Part shown: in pieces, positions 12,443-24,645 of the stretch | How positions within the stretch are numbered: the first letter of the stretch is position 1 | How the letters are laid out: every line of letters starts with the position of its first letter | NCBI RefSeq assembly: GCF_004010195.1 | Contig: NC_057719.1 | Location: 75,314,597-75,378,596, forward strand | DNA length: 64,000 nt | Source of the DNA: Chiloscyllium plagiosum | Lineage: Eukaryota | Direction of reading: 5' to 3' | Position numbers and translations under genes: made by a program | The notes under the pieces: generated by a model | What the model was told of the DNA's origin: nothing | Databases searched by the model: none | What the model saw: only the letters and a program-made list of their open reading frames with translations

Positions 12443-12601
12443 TCTTTCGTGCAGTTATACCATGCTGCATCTCGCCTCTCAGGAATACCTAAAAACATTT
12501 CACATAAAATGTTTTACACTGAAGTACAGTGTCGTCCACGACCAACAGCTGATCAGTTACAGTGCTTATGCTGATGCTGGACAGAAGAAGGATATCGACC
12601 A
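12443..12601 (-). repeat. Inverted duplicate of nearby 11930-12101
   Basis: ORF track gives near-identical peptides on opposite strands (MLHLASQEYLKT... at 11778..12074 minus and 12462..12746 plus); nucleotide match with scattered substitutions. Confidence 0.9.
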
Positions 12602-13303
12602 TGATTTGGATGTGAGCATAAGAGGTACAGTTAGTAAGTTTGCAGATGACCCCAAAATTGGAGGTGTAGTGGACAGCGAAGAGGGTTACCTCAGATTACA
12701 ACAGGATCTTGACCAGATGGGCCATTGGCTGAGAAGTGGCAGATAGAGTTTAATTCAGATAAATGAGAGGTGCTGCATTTTGGGAAAGCAAATCTTAGCA
12801 GGACTTGTACACTCAATGGGAAGGTCCTAGGGAGTGTTGCTGAACAAAGAGACCTTGGAGTGCAGGTTCATAGTTCCTTGAAAGTGGAGTTGCAGGTAGA
12901 TAGGATAGTGAAGAAGGCGTTTGGTATGCTTTTCTTTATTGGTCAGAGTATTGAGTACAGGAGTTGGGAGGTCATGTTGGGGCTGTACAGGACATTGAGA
13001 ACTAGAGGGCATAGGTTTAGGGTGAGAGGGCAAAGATATAAAAGAGACCAAAGGGGTAACTTTTTCACACAGAGGGTGGTACGTGTACGGAATGAGCTGC
13101 CAGAGGATGTGGTGGAGGCTGGTACAATTGCAACATTTAAGAGGCATTTAGATGGGTATATGACTGGGAAGGGTTTGGAGGGATATGGGCCCGGTGCTGG
13201 CAAGTGGGACTAGGTTGGGTTGGGATATCTGGTCGGCATGGACGGGTTGGACTGAAGGGTCTGTTTTCATGCTGTACATCTCAATGACTCTATGACTCTA
13301 TGA
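12602..13303 (+). mobile_element. HER1/CR1 3' fragment with internal deletion
   Basis: KFADDPKIGGVVDSEEGYLRLQQDLD; jumps from LYRTL to RTRGHRF; (ctatgact)n tail; gacca repeated at both junctions. Confidence 0.9.
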
Positions 13304-14889
13304 CCAGATGAAGGGCTTATGCCCGAAACGTCAATTCTCCTGCTCCTCGGATGCTGCCTGACCTGTTGTGCTTTTCCAGCACCACACTCTCGACTGTTAT
13401 CAGGCAATGTTACACAGATTCCCATGATGGGGGTTATTAGGATAATTGTTCAATACTTTATGAAACGCATAGGTTTTGAGGGAAGATGACGGAATGGAAT
13501 TAGTGCAGGTCTCTTGGAGGGTTGTATTGTGGAGGGAGATTACGTAGAGTGAGACGAGTGAGATTAGGAAGAGATTATCAAACAAGGCTGAGAATTTTAA
13601 GGTAGAGCCTTTCCTCAACTCGGAACCAGTTAGGCTCACAAGGATCTGGGAGATGGGTTAAAAGTCCATGTTACATAATTCTTGGCACCAGCCAGGACAC
13701 AGGTAGTAGAGTTTACCCCTTGCTTACCTCAGGGTCAAAGATTATACTAATATTATAAACAAATTGGGTACCTTCAAAGTACATGACCTGTAGATGATCC
13801 AAGTAGAAACCACTAACATGGATATTTTCAATGGAATCAAGCAATTGATGGACACATTGGAGAACTTTTTTGCCAGTATTTACAGAATGGAAGAGATTGG
13901 CATGCTGAACATACTAAGCTAGAAATCGAACATTGAATCAGAGAAGTGGATTCATCAAGTTTAAAGTGATCAAGATAACATTAATGAAGGAAATAACTAA
14001 AGAGTGACAAGCTCCCAGCCCAGAAAATTTTTAAAAAGCACAGCAAATGTTGTAATCTCAACTGTTCTCTTGATTTGGAAGCATTCTCTTAGATTGTGCA
14101 AACCACTCCATTATTTAAGAAATGTGAAAAAGTAGGCAGTTATTGACCAGTTAGCTTGACATTTGTTATCCTTTGTAACTTAAGAAACTAGGTGCCAATA
14201 ATGTCATATTAGAGGATCTAAGAATTAATTACAGCTCACTCGTACTTACAAATGTCACATTCACAGGCTCATCTCATTTCTTCGGCTTAAATCAAGGTAT
14301 TTATTTTTATTTGCAACATGCCATGCTTCAAGTGATCCAAGTTACAGTGGAGTCTCAGATCTTTCTAACCTTGGGCTATGATAAACTGACAATGCCATGA
14401 GTGTGTGTATAACTGTTAAAGATGCACTAACCCTGAGACAGAACACAACATCAACAATGTGTTAGATTGTAATTAAGAAAAGAATGACTGAACACCTTGA
14501 AGATTGTAAATTGATTAGAGAGAAAAACAATTGATTTGCAAAGAGCAGGTTATGAATGATGGAACTGATTAAATTGTTTGAAGAGGTGAATAGAGTAGGG
14601 GAATGTCCATAAAGCTATTAGTATGGACTTCCAGAAGATGTTTGGTCATCGCTCATAAGAAACTGTTAGCTGATGTTAAAGTTCATTGAATTTAAGGAAA
14701 ATTATTAACCTAATTATGAAATTGGTTAAGGGGCAGGAAGCAGAATAAAAATAACAGAGACGTGACTACAAGATCAGGAAGACTAGGCTGAACCTACATA
14801 AGGCACTCAGCTGGAGTATTGTGTACAGTTCTGGCCACTGTACTTTATGAAAGGAATAAATACTTTACGAGAGTGAGAGGGTTTCAAGA

Positions 14890-15212
14890 GGTGGCACGGT
14901 GGCACAGCAGTTAGCACTGCTGCCTCACAGCGCCAGAGACCCGGGTTCAATTCCCGCCTCGGGCAACTGTCTGTGTGGAGTTTGTACATTCTCCCCGTGT
15001 CTGCATAGGTTTCCTCCCGGTGCTCCAGTTTCCTCCCACAGTCCAAGGATGTGCAGGCCAGGTGAATTGGCCATGCTAAATTGCCCACAGTGTTAGGTGA
15101 TGGGGTCAATGTTGGAAAATGGGTCTGGGTGGGTTGCTCTTCGAAGGGTCGGTGTGGACTTGTTGGGCTGAAGGGCCTGTTTCCACACTATAAGTAATCT
15201 AATCTAATCTAA
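14890..15212 (+). mobile_element. HE1-type SINE, full length
   Basis: ggtggcacggtggcacagcagttagcactgctgcc...gggttcaattccc; (taatc)n tail. Confidence 0.92.
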
Positions 15213-15249
15213 TACTTCCAAGGATGAAAAGTAACAGGTATTATCATAG

Positions 15250-15325
15250 ACCACAAAGGCAGAAATTGTGTGAAAGACTTGGCAGCATCTGTAGAGAGAA
15301 ATCGGAGTTAACGTTTCAAGTTCAG
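15250..15325 (-). mobile_element. Family B arm fragment
   Basis: gcagaaattg...tggcagcatctgtagagagaaatcggagttaacgtttc matches the left arm at 2326-2395. Confidence 0.6.
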
Positions 15326-16349
15326 GAATCCTTGATTGAGATGTACAGGACTATGGGTGGCATGGGTAGACAGGAAGAAATATTTTCCTTTGACAGAGGG
15401 ATCGATGACCAAGGGACATAGATTTAAAGTAAGGAACAGGGTGTTTAGAAGAGATGTGAGGAAAAGGTTTTGACCCAGAGGTTGATGGGAATGTGGAACT
15501 CACTGCCTGTAAGGGTAGTAGATGCAGAAGCTCTCTTAATGCTTAAGAAATACTTAGAAACACTTGCTGTTCCAAAGCTAGAAAATGGCACTAGAATAGT
15601 TAGGTTGTTGTTTTTGACTGAGATCTATATGACTCAAAGAAACTGTCTACAATTCTGCAATTGCTGCCAATTACCTAGCACTAAGGAATTCCTTTCATTG
15701 TACTCCATCTTTAAAAAACATTGTTAAATTTATATTCATCCATTGTGTTTATTTGTACGTAAGTTGTTACGTGTTGCGGATTGCTGTAATTTTTTTCAAT
15801 CCTCTCTTTCTGTGTTTGTTTCTATGGGTGCCTGTGTTGCAAAATACCACCTCCACCCCTTTCATTCCTTGCAAATGTAGAGGCCACAGACAAATAAAGT
15901 GAGGAAATGTGTGCTCACTGAAATATAAACCTCCTGATGTCGAGAATAGGGAGACAGATTTGTTTTAAAATTTTCAATCAATCCATGACACACCAGTCTG
16001 AGCAAGAATATCTCCTGTCCACATTGGCTGCCGCTGACAAGTACTGGAAGGATTTGCAGCCGTGGGAGTCATTGTGGTACATTTGCAAAGATGCCAGCGA
16101 TGTGGCTAGCATGTGAAACAACGTGGTTACACTGTAAATTAGGGCCGGATAGGCAGAGAGGGAATGGTGACCACTAGGCAGTCTAGAAAGGCCAGGCAGA
16201 TAGGAATTCCTATACCACTTCACTCATCAACTGGTTCCCCATTTTGAATACCAGTGAGAGTGAGGGTTCATCAAAGGAATGCAACAAGAGCCAAAACGAC
16301 GGCACCACATGTAGCTTAGCTGTACAAGCAGGGTAGAAGAAGAATGGAT

Positions 16350-17130
16350 GGGCAATAATGCCAGGTCCATGTCCAAACATAGCAAGACCTGGACAATGCC
16401 TGGATTTGGACTGACAAGTAATAAGTCACATTCATGCCACACAAGAGCCAAGTAATGACCATTTCCGACAAGAAAGAATCTTATTATCTCCTCTTGATAC
16501 TCAATATGTTAACCTAGGTGTTACCATTAACCAGAAACTGAACTTGACTCGCCATTGAAGAGCAACAGCTTGAAGAGCAGATCAGAGGGTAGGAACCTTA
16601 CAGCGAGTCACTCACCTCCTGACTCCCCAACGTATCCACCAGCCAGAAGGCCCAAGTCAGGAGTGTGATGGAATACTCCCAACTTGCCTGGAATGAGGGC
16701 GCAACTTCAACAGCACTCAAGGAACTTAGCACCATCCAGGACAAACAACCTACTTGGTTGACACCACATTCACAAATATTTAGTCCCTCCACTATCAAAG
16801 CACAGTGTTCACAGTGTCTGACAACTACAATGTGCACTGCAGAAATTCACCAAGTGTCGGAAGACGACATCTTCCAATCCACAGCTAATTCCATTTGGGA
16901 AGAGAAGAAGACCAGAACTTGTTCTCCAAGCTGCTCACAATATATTACTGTTTCTTCAGTCCTCTTGTCAAAATCTAGAAATACTCTCCCAACACCTTCC
17001 TTGTGGGTCTACGTATCCCAAATGGAGCTCAGCAGTTCAAGAAGGCAGCCCACCACCATCTCCTCAAGGGCAACTCATGATTGTCGACAAATGCTGCACA
17101 TCTAATGATGCTCAGATCCTATCAACTCAT
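16350..17130 (+). mobile_element. Second CR1-like LINE family, 3' fragment
   Basis: aaggcccaagtcaggagtgtgatggaatactccc (KAQVRSVMEYS); tail gcagttcaagaaggcagcccaccaccatctcctcaagggcaa; same family as 60870-62590. Confidence 0.75.
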
Positions 17131-17289
17131 GAAGAGAAGAGAAAATTTAGTGAACAGTGATCATTGCTTGTTAAAGTTTTCCATTAATTTAAGAAAAAAA
17201 TCTGAAACTAGAGGGTCTTAAGTCTGAACAAGGGCATTTATGAAAATATGAGGCGGAATCTCAGAATCTTTACTGAACTCACTGTCTCT

Positions 17290-18050
17290 GCACTGGTGCT
17301 CTGAGCATCTCTATTCAATGTTTTTTCTCCTGAGTCCATCACATTCCTAAACAATGTATTCCTGACCTTAACCACACATTGAAAATATTTTTTCTCTCCT
17401 TACTTTTGCTTCCTTTGCAAAACACTTTAAAACTGTACTCTGTAGTTCTTAATCTTCTGATAAATCGGGGCAGTTTCTCCCTGCATTGTCGAGATAACTG
17501 ATGATCTTGAGATCTTCTGTCAATTCTCCTCTCAGCCTTCTCCTCTCCAAGGATAACAGCCCCAACCTCTCCAATCCAGCCTCATAACTGAAGTTTCTCA
17601 TTCCTGGAGATTGTCTCATAAACCTCTTCTGCATTCTCCTCAGAGCATTTACATTTTTCCCAAAGTGTGCTGCCTAAAACTACACACAATACTCCAATAG
17701 AGTCTAACCAGTGTCCGGCACAAGTTCAACACAGTCTCTTTGCTCTTTTACTCGATGCCCCTATTAATGAAGCTAGAATACTGTATGCTTTTTTCTGAAC
17801 AACTCTCTCTGACTTCTCCTGCCACCTTGAATGACTTGTTCATATATGTACGTAGGTCTCTCTGCACTCGCACTTTCTTGCGCATCCTTTGTTTTGTACT
17901 CTTTCTCTCTGTCCTTTGTAGCAAAAATTCACTACTGTGAATTGAATTTCATCTGTCACCAACCTTCCCATTCTAGCAACTTGTCAATGTGCAGATGTTT
18001 TGAAGTTCTACATGTCCTCCTCTCAATTTATAATTTTCCTAAGTATGTTG
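17290..18050 (-). mobile_element. Degenerate CR1 3' fragment
   Basis: MQKRFMRQSPGMRNFSYEAGLERLGLLSLERRRLRGEL. Confidence 0.75.
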
Positions 18051-19790
18051 GCTGCAGTGGTTGGAAAAATACATAAGAAGGCTTGAGTAGATAGGCAACA
18101 GCTGGTATTTAAAGAATTAATGCTTCGTTTAGATAAAAAACACAAATAAAAATAACCAACAGAAAATGTGAGAGAGTCCTGGATAACACATAAAGATACA
18201 GATAGTATTAAATCAAAGGCAGAGGCTTATAAAGTTGTTGAAAAGATGTTATGAGCCTGATGATTGGGAGGATTTTAGAACTCAACAAAGGAGGAACAAG
18301 AAATTGAGAATACAGTATCGATGTGAATAAGCAAGAAACAAAATGTTACTAGTAAATTCATAATGGGAAACCAGTGGATTTGGTTTATTTGGATTTTCAG
18401 AAGGCTTTTGATAAACACAGGAGGATAACAGGCAAAGTTAAAGCACATAGGACTAGGTGTAATATTCTAGCAGGGATTGAGGATAGATTAAAAGGCAGAA
18501 TGCACAATAAGAATTGGTGGGTCATTCTCAGGTTGGCAAGCTGTGACCAGTTCAGTACCACAAGGATCAGAGATTGTAACAACTGTGACAAACTGCATCA
18601 ATACTTTGGATGTGGGGGCCAAACGTAGAGTGTTAAAGTGTGCAGATGATATAATACTTCATGGGAGGATCATGCAACAGGCTGAATGAGTAATCAAGAC
18701 CACGGGAGATGGAATATATTGAGGATAAGTGGGAGGTTATCCACTTTTATAGGAGGACTGGTAATGCAGAGAATTTCTTGAAAAGTGAGAGATGAGATAG
18801 TATTGACGTCCAAAGGATCCTAGATGTCGTTTGTTCGTAAGTCACTGAAAACTAGCGTGTAGGTGCAACAAGCACCTTTTTTTTAATTACATTACAGTGT
18901 GGAAACAGGCCCTTCGACCCGCCGAAGCGCAACCCACCCATACCCCTACATTTACCTAACCTAACACTACGGGCAATTTAGCATGGCCAATTCACCTGAC
19001 CTGCACATCTTTGGACTGTGGGAGGAAACCGGAGCACCCGGAGGAAACCCACGCAGACACGGGGAGAACGTGCAAACTCCACATAGTCAGTCACCTGAGG
19101 CAGGAATTGAACCCGGGTCTCTGGCGCTGTGACGCAACGGCGCTAACCACTGTGCCACCGTGCCGCCCACTGCCACCGTGCCGCCCACCTTGTAAGATAA
19201 CTGTTACATTCAACTTATGACCAGAGGATTTCAGTATAGAAGCCTTGCTTCAGTCATAGGGAATATTATGAAACCTCATCTGGATATTGTGTGTACTTCT
19301 GGTCCCCTTGTCTAATGAAGGATATACTTGTCATAAGGGAATTTGGCAGAGATTCACTGATTCCTGGGATGATGGGGCTGTGCTAGAAGGGCAGCTTAAG
19401 GAAACTGGGCCTGAATTCTCAAGAGTTTAGAAAAATGAGATGCAATCTCATTCCTTAAAGAGATGGACACGGTCAAAAGATGCAGATCCAGGAAGGATGT
19501 TCCACCGGCTGAGCGGTCTGGAACCAGGGGACACAGTCTCAGAACGAAAGGCAAGCCACTTGGAACTGAGATGAGGAGGATCACTCAGAATGTGGTGAAG
19601 CTTTGGAATTCAGAAGGCTGTTGAAGCTCAGGCACTAAGCAAGTGAAAGACAGAGTTTGATCGATTTCAATTGATGAATAATTCAAGGGAAATGGGGGCA
19701 GGATAGGAATATGGCAGTGGGATAGCAGATCAGGCATGATCTAAAATGGCAGAGCTGGCTTGAGGGGCTGAATGGCCTATTCCTGCTCCT
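18050..19790 (+). mobile_element. Degenerate CR1 ORF2 and 3' end, split by HE1
   Basis: DLVYLDFQKAFDK, gcagatgat (ADD), 3' UTR ggggctgaatggcctattcctgctcct. Confidence 0.7.
18886..19188 (-). mobile_element. HE1-type SINE (young) with duplicated 18-bp 5' end
   Basis: CpG-rich; tgccaccgtgccgcccac twice at 19153-19188; (tgtaa)n tail. Confidence 0.92.
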
Positions 19791-20121
19791 AAAATACAAG
19801 AATAAAACCAAGTGAAGTTTTTTTATTTAAGTAATATGTGTTTTTTTTATAAACTCCTTCAGGGGCAAGAATTGCAGGATTTCATCTACACTCAACCTGT
19901 CCCACTTCCCTTAGACTTTAGATAGCTTTCCCAACTGCTCCCATCCAATCACCGAGATGAGGCAGTGCAGGATACTCACCCCACACTGATTGCTTCGTCA
20001 CGATTCCCTGGTATCACACAAAGTGGTTTTGTCTCCATGGAAGTTTTCACTGGTTCCCGTGGCGACAGCCTCTTGCAGCCAAATTTTGTCTTCCACTTGC
20101 TGACTAGTGATGAATCTGGTT

Positions 20122-20392
20122 GGAATCATAGAATTCCTATAGGCCATTTGGCCCATCGAGTCCACACCGAACCTTTGAAGAGCATCCCATTCAGACCCAC
20201 CCTATCTCTGTATCCCTGCATTTCCCATGGCTAATCCACCTAACCTGCGTATCTTTGGACAGTGGGAGGAAACTGGAGGACACCCCCGCAGACACAGTGA
20301 GAAGGTGTAAACTCCACACAGTTGCCTGAGGCTGGAATCGAACTCGGGTCCCTGGCGCTGTGAGGCAGCAGTGCTAACCGCTGAGTCATCAT
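20122..20392 (-). mobile_element. HE1-type SINE
   Basis: gctggaatcgaactcgggtccctggcgctgtgaggcagcagtgctaacc. Confidence 0.88.
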
Positions 20393-20578
20393 GGTTAAGT
20401 CTGACAGAGAACTTTTATTTAAAGAGACTGTCAAGATTGTTATTACACAGACTATCATAAATGATGACCTGACAGCTTTTCTCATTATAAGGTAACTGGA
20501 GAACAGCAGCTAGAATGTGAGATAGTTCCCTACCATATGAGAAGAAAGCATATCATTTTTCTTCACTCCGACACAGGG

Positions 20579-20579
<1 letters not shown>

Positions 20580-20610
<31 letters not shown>
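20580..20610. repeat. (GT)15 microsatellite
   Basis: Direct reading. Confidence 0.98.
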
Positions 20611-20611
<1 letters not shown>

Positions 20612-22494
20612 AGTATATCCTGGACCTAGAGTTATCTAAGCCAACCCCTTTTCCCTTCTTCCCCTCTATCAGTATTGCATATGATGAAAGCCACACCACT
20701 GCCAGTAGTGGACCTGCTTCCCATTGTAAGTTGAACGAATTCCCAACATCTTGTGCGGTTGAAACCAGCCAATTTCTCCAGGCATTAATATAGCTCTGCG
20801 ATTTATTTTCTTTTCTGTTCCCTGCATATTGAATACTTCAAACAAAGAGTTGAATATTTGGGATACATTATTACCCACATAACTGAGGGGTCTTTTGATC
20901 AGGGAACGTAATCTAATACTGTAACATAAAATCATTAATAACAGTATGTATTTTGACAGTTCTCAACTGTGAATCATTCAAATGCAAGTGCCTGTAGTCT
21001 ACAAGGCTGCCTCTGTCCTTAAGAGCATCACCTTTGTCTACTTTTCTCCCCTTCCTTTTTTTTGGGACAGGATTGGACCCCTGTGCTGGCCTAGGTGTTT
21101 AGATGACCAAAAGATCTTACAAACATTGAATATCAACTTCTGGCAAATTCCAGATGAAGCTGCATCAATTTGTTCTTGACCCTGACCAGATGACTTGTCT
21201 AATGTCGCTGGTGACACTGATTGAAGTTCCCACAGTGGTTGTGAAGCCGAGATTTTGTTTCGAATGCACAACCCGTCTGGAAGTGCTTTGGTTGTCAGCT
21301 AATTCACAAAGTAGTGTTTGCATTGGCAGCCATTGTAGAATCTGTTTGGATTTAAGTGTGCAATTATGGGAGAAAAGAAAGAAGACAGACAAAGGATCCA
21401 AAATACAAAGGCTGGGGAAAATTACTGTGTGCACTGTTATGAATGCGAGAAATTGCAACATGGTTACATTTTAAAATGTCACTTCCAATTTATGATGAAA
21501 TGGAATACCCTGGATAAATCGGGAGTGGGGATCATATCAAATCTGCCCGGAGACAGGTCTTGTGATATGAAACTGAAACTTCTGAAAATTCACTCCAGGA
21601 CTGCAAAGTCACCGAAATGCAGAGAGAAAGAGAGAAAGACAGACGCTTTGCAGAGCAGAGGGAATTACTTCCTTTATTGTGTCGGACATGAATGAGGTTA
21701 TGAGAATTTGTTCTGTGGTCAAGGGCACGGGCTTTAAGGGACAAGAGGTCACCAAAGTCAGCCTTGCCTTTGGAGATCGCTTTGAGGGTATTCCAAAAAG
21801 TGAATGGAATGATTTTTAGAGGGACACTGGGAATCTCGACTGGGAAGAGGGAGCTTGCTGTAAAGCTGGGTGGAGCTTGGAATTTATTCTTCAAGGCTAC
21901 ATGTCTGCTGGAAGTGTGGTACAAATTAAATACATGTCGTGTTTCAATTATGTTAATTAGTTAACAGAGAAATACTGTTTTGGTGTGTCTGTTCCCTGTT
22001 CAGATAAATTGTGTCGATGTTGATTTTAGTTTGTTGCAGTCAAAATCTTAAAACATGACATCCCGTCTCTTGATCGTTTCCATTGCTCATTGAAGAATTC
22101 TTTCCTTTTTCAAGGTTGTCAGACTCTTTGGAGATCATAACAATACACTGAAAAGTTTTGTAGGTTCCCCACTGATGACAATAATTATGTAGCAGGTTGG
22201 TGGCAGGGCAATCACAAGAACAAATCGAGTGAAGGTAGTATATCAAGGGACGAACAAATTTGAAACACCTTCCCACAGATTACCAGCCACAATCTGAGAA
22301 CTGCAAACTCCTTCATAATTGAAAAACTTTATTCCCCTATCCCGCAAAGAATGAGACTTTAACATTCCAGAATTCACATTTATTCTTACGTTGCAACCAT
22401 GCCAGATTTTTTGTCATCAATGCCAGCCCCAACTTTGACAACTGGCAGCCTTCATAGTATGAAAGTGCTAATAGTAAAAGCCAGCAAAGGCAAC

Positions 22495-22920
22495 AATAAC
22501 TTATATTTTCGACAGAATCTTTAACTTGGTAAAACATCGAAAGGTACTTCTCAGGAGTATCACCAACAAATGTTGCTGCTACGTTACGTAAGAGCAATTA
22601 TAATATTGCAGACGATGAAAACGTTAGACACACAATAACTTTAAAGGAGGAAATAGAAGCAGAGAAAAAAAAAAGTTTAGTTAGGGGATTCCAGAGTTTA
22701 GGGACTAGAAACTAAAAGAACAGATTTCAATTCTGGAGTATATCTGAGACCCGAGAGGCTAGAAGTTGGGGGTGGGGTGGGTGTGAGATCTTGGATGGTT
22801 GCTGGGCTGGGGTAAGGTTATGAATGCGCCTAGCTTTCGAAGCTGGAGTCAATGTAGGTCAGGAGAGTTTTTGATTGACCAAGTTTAAGGTGATGCGGGA
22901 AGGGAAGCTAGCCAGGCAGG
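22495..22920 (-). mobile_element. Probable L2 3' relic
   Basis: Resembles reverse-complemented L2 tail followed by a purine-rich body; very degenerate. Confidence 0.35.
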
Positions 22921-23135
22921 GACTGGTTGATGGCGGTGATTACTGGTGTCTCACTGATCCTGTATCTTTCAATTATCTCCAGTTTTAATTTATTTCCCAG
23001 TCTAAATTGGTTCCCACAGTTTTGGCAGCAGTTCCCAGCCAGAGGCTCAAAGAAAAAACAAGCATCAGGCATTTCTTTCTACCACTTTGGATATTCTTAT
23101 CAACATTAAGACGCAACCAATCACTCGATCCATTG

Positions 23136-23327
23136 GAAAACCCAGCAAGTTTGGTAGCATTGGTGAAAAGACACCAGCATTAATGTTTCAGGTTTGGTGA
23201 CCCTTCCTCAGAACACTGGACCCGAAACGTTGACCCTCATTTCTCTTCACAAATGGTGCCAGAACTTTTCCAACAATTTCTGTTTTTGTTTCTGATTTAC
23301 TGCATCCACAGTTCTTTCAGGTTTCAA
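23136..23327. mobile_element. Family B hairpin element (degenerate)
   Basis: ggtgacccttcctcagaa|cactggacccgaaacgttg at the apex; TSD tcgatccattg / tcgatacactg. Confidence 0.7.
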
Positions 23328-23655
23328 TCGATACACTGATCCAGTTCCCTCACATTTAAAAAAAACTCTTGTTTTAAGCATGCTCTTCTATCAATTACTC
23401 CACTTGTGCTCATGCCTTAAGCAAGAGGCCTGCTCATTGCACTGAAATAAAAATCAAACTAAGAAAACTCAAAGACTGTTATCCGCAGTGAGAGGGAAAT
23501 TGTTCAACTCAGAGAGCGGAACAGTCTTCTGGCTTTCTTTCCTCACCCACTGGAAGTACATACCTCTGTTCTGCATAGAGCTCATCACAAGGGAAAATAT
23601 AGCACTCATTTGAATTCTAACACTTCTTGGTTCATTGTATCACTTATATTCATAG

Positions 23656-23872
23656 GTGGAAGTGAGGACTGCAGATGCTGGAGATCAGAGTCAAGAGTGT
23701 GGTGCTGGAAAAGCACAGCAGGTCAGGCAGCATCCGAGGAGCAGGAAAATCGACGTTTAGGGCATTAGCCCTTCATTGCTGATGAAGGGCTTATGCCCAA
23801 AAAGTCGATTTTCCTGCTCCTTGGATGCGGCCTGACCGGCTGTGCTTTTCCAGCACCACGCTCTCGACTCAA
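23656..23872. mobile_element. Family A hairpin element
   Basis: Arms meet at cccttcattg|ctgatgaagggcttatgccc; TSD tt(a/g)tattcatag at 23644-23655 / 23873-23884. Confidence 0.85.
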
Positions 23873-24467
23873 TTGTATTCATAGTTTGTATTTTGGCAAC
23901 CCATTCTGCTAGTGACGCTATAGACACTTGACATGGTGTTTTGTTTTTATTAACCGAAGGAAAAGAAGCTGTGAGAAGGAAAGATTGGCAGTCAGCACTT
24001 CGAGGTTTAAATTTGGTCCATGATTGTTCTCAAGATGACGTTTTCAATTTTTTTTTAACCCATTCATAATGGTTCTAGAGAAGTTGCCATCGCTTGTAAG
24101 CGTACGAATGTCAACATAAATGAACACTGTGAACGAAATTTGTCACATGCTTGCCAGTTGTAATGGTAAGGTTTGTACTTCAGCCACAGAAACTACCAGA
24201 AGATTTCATTTTTAAAAAACCATAAACAATAATCAGGGTAATTTAAAACAGGGTCAGAAGAACCCTGAGCTGTGCTGAGACGATTAGTGATCACCGACAT
24301 ATCTTTGCCAATTTTTTTTTCAAGTAGTGTGAACAGATATGGCATAAAATGGTTAGTATATCTTAACATTAAACAAAGTAGTATAAGTTTCTTATATTTC
24401 ATTCAAGGTATTTTGAATTTCTAATATCAGGACTAACATTCTGCTGTACTATATTTTACATTAAAAT

Positions 24468-24640
24468 GTCTTGCATTTATGTAGCTCCTTTCATGGTCAC
24501 AGGACATCTCAATGGAATCTATAGCCTGCTCAGTACTTTTGAAGTGTAATCATTATTGTAAGTAGGAAACATGAAATAATGTGTGCACAGGAAGCTCTCT
24601 CAAAGTAACACATGACAATGTACGACATCGAGTGTTTTTG
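24468..24640 (-). mobile_element. DeuSINE/L2-type tail relic (Tigger target)
   Basis: cttgcatttatgtagctcctttcatggtcacaggacatctcaa...tttgaagtgtaatcatt. Confidence 0.5.
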
Positions 24641-24645
24641 CAATA

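Larger units (their letters stand above)
12318..13391. mobile_element. Family A hairpin element whose loop holds captured flank DNA and a later HER1 insertion
   Basis: Left arm 12320-12444, right arm 13307-13395; 17-bp TSD gactgttat(g/c)aggcaat at 12301-12317 / 13392-13408. Confidence 0.85.
13780..15620 (+). mobile_element. Highly degenerate CR1 ORF2 relics, interrupted by HE1 and a family B arm
   Basis: tatggacttccagaag (MDFQK), ctggagtattgtgtacagttctgg (LEYCVQFW), tggaactcactgcct (WNSLP). Confidence 0.6.

Noticed and set aside
14890..14960. tRNA-like A/B boxes
   Set aside because: SINE heads, not tRNA genes
21154..21964. Cluster of overlapping 66-130 aa ORFs
   Set aside because: No recognisable domain or splice structure; consistent with chance
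24080..24170. ag...gtaagg-bounded candidate exon
   Set aside because: Stop codons in all three frames
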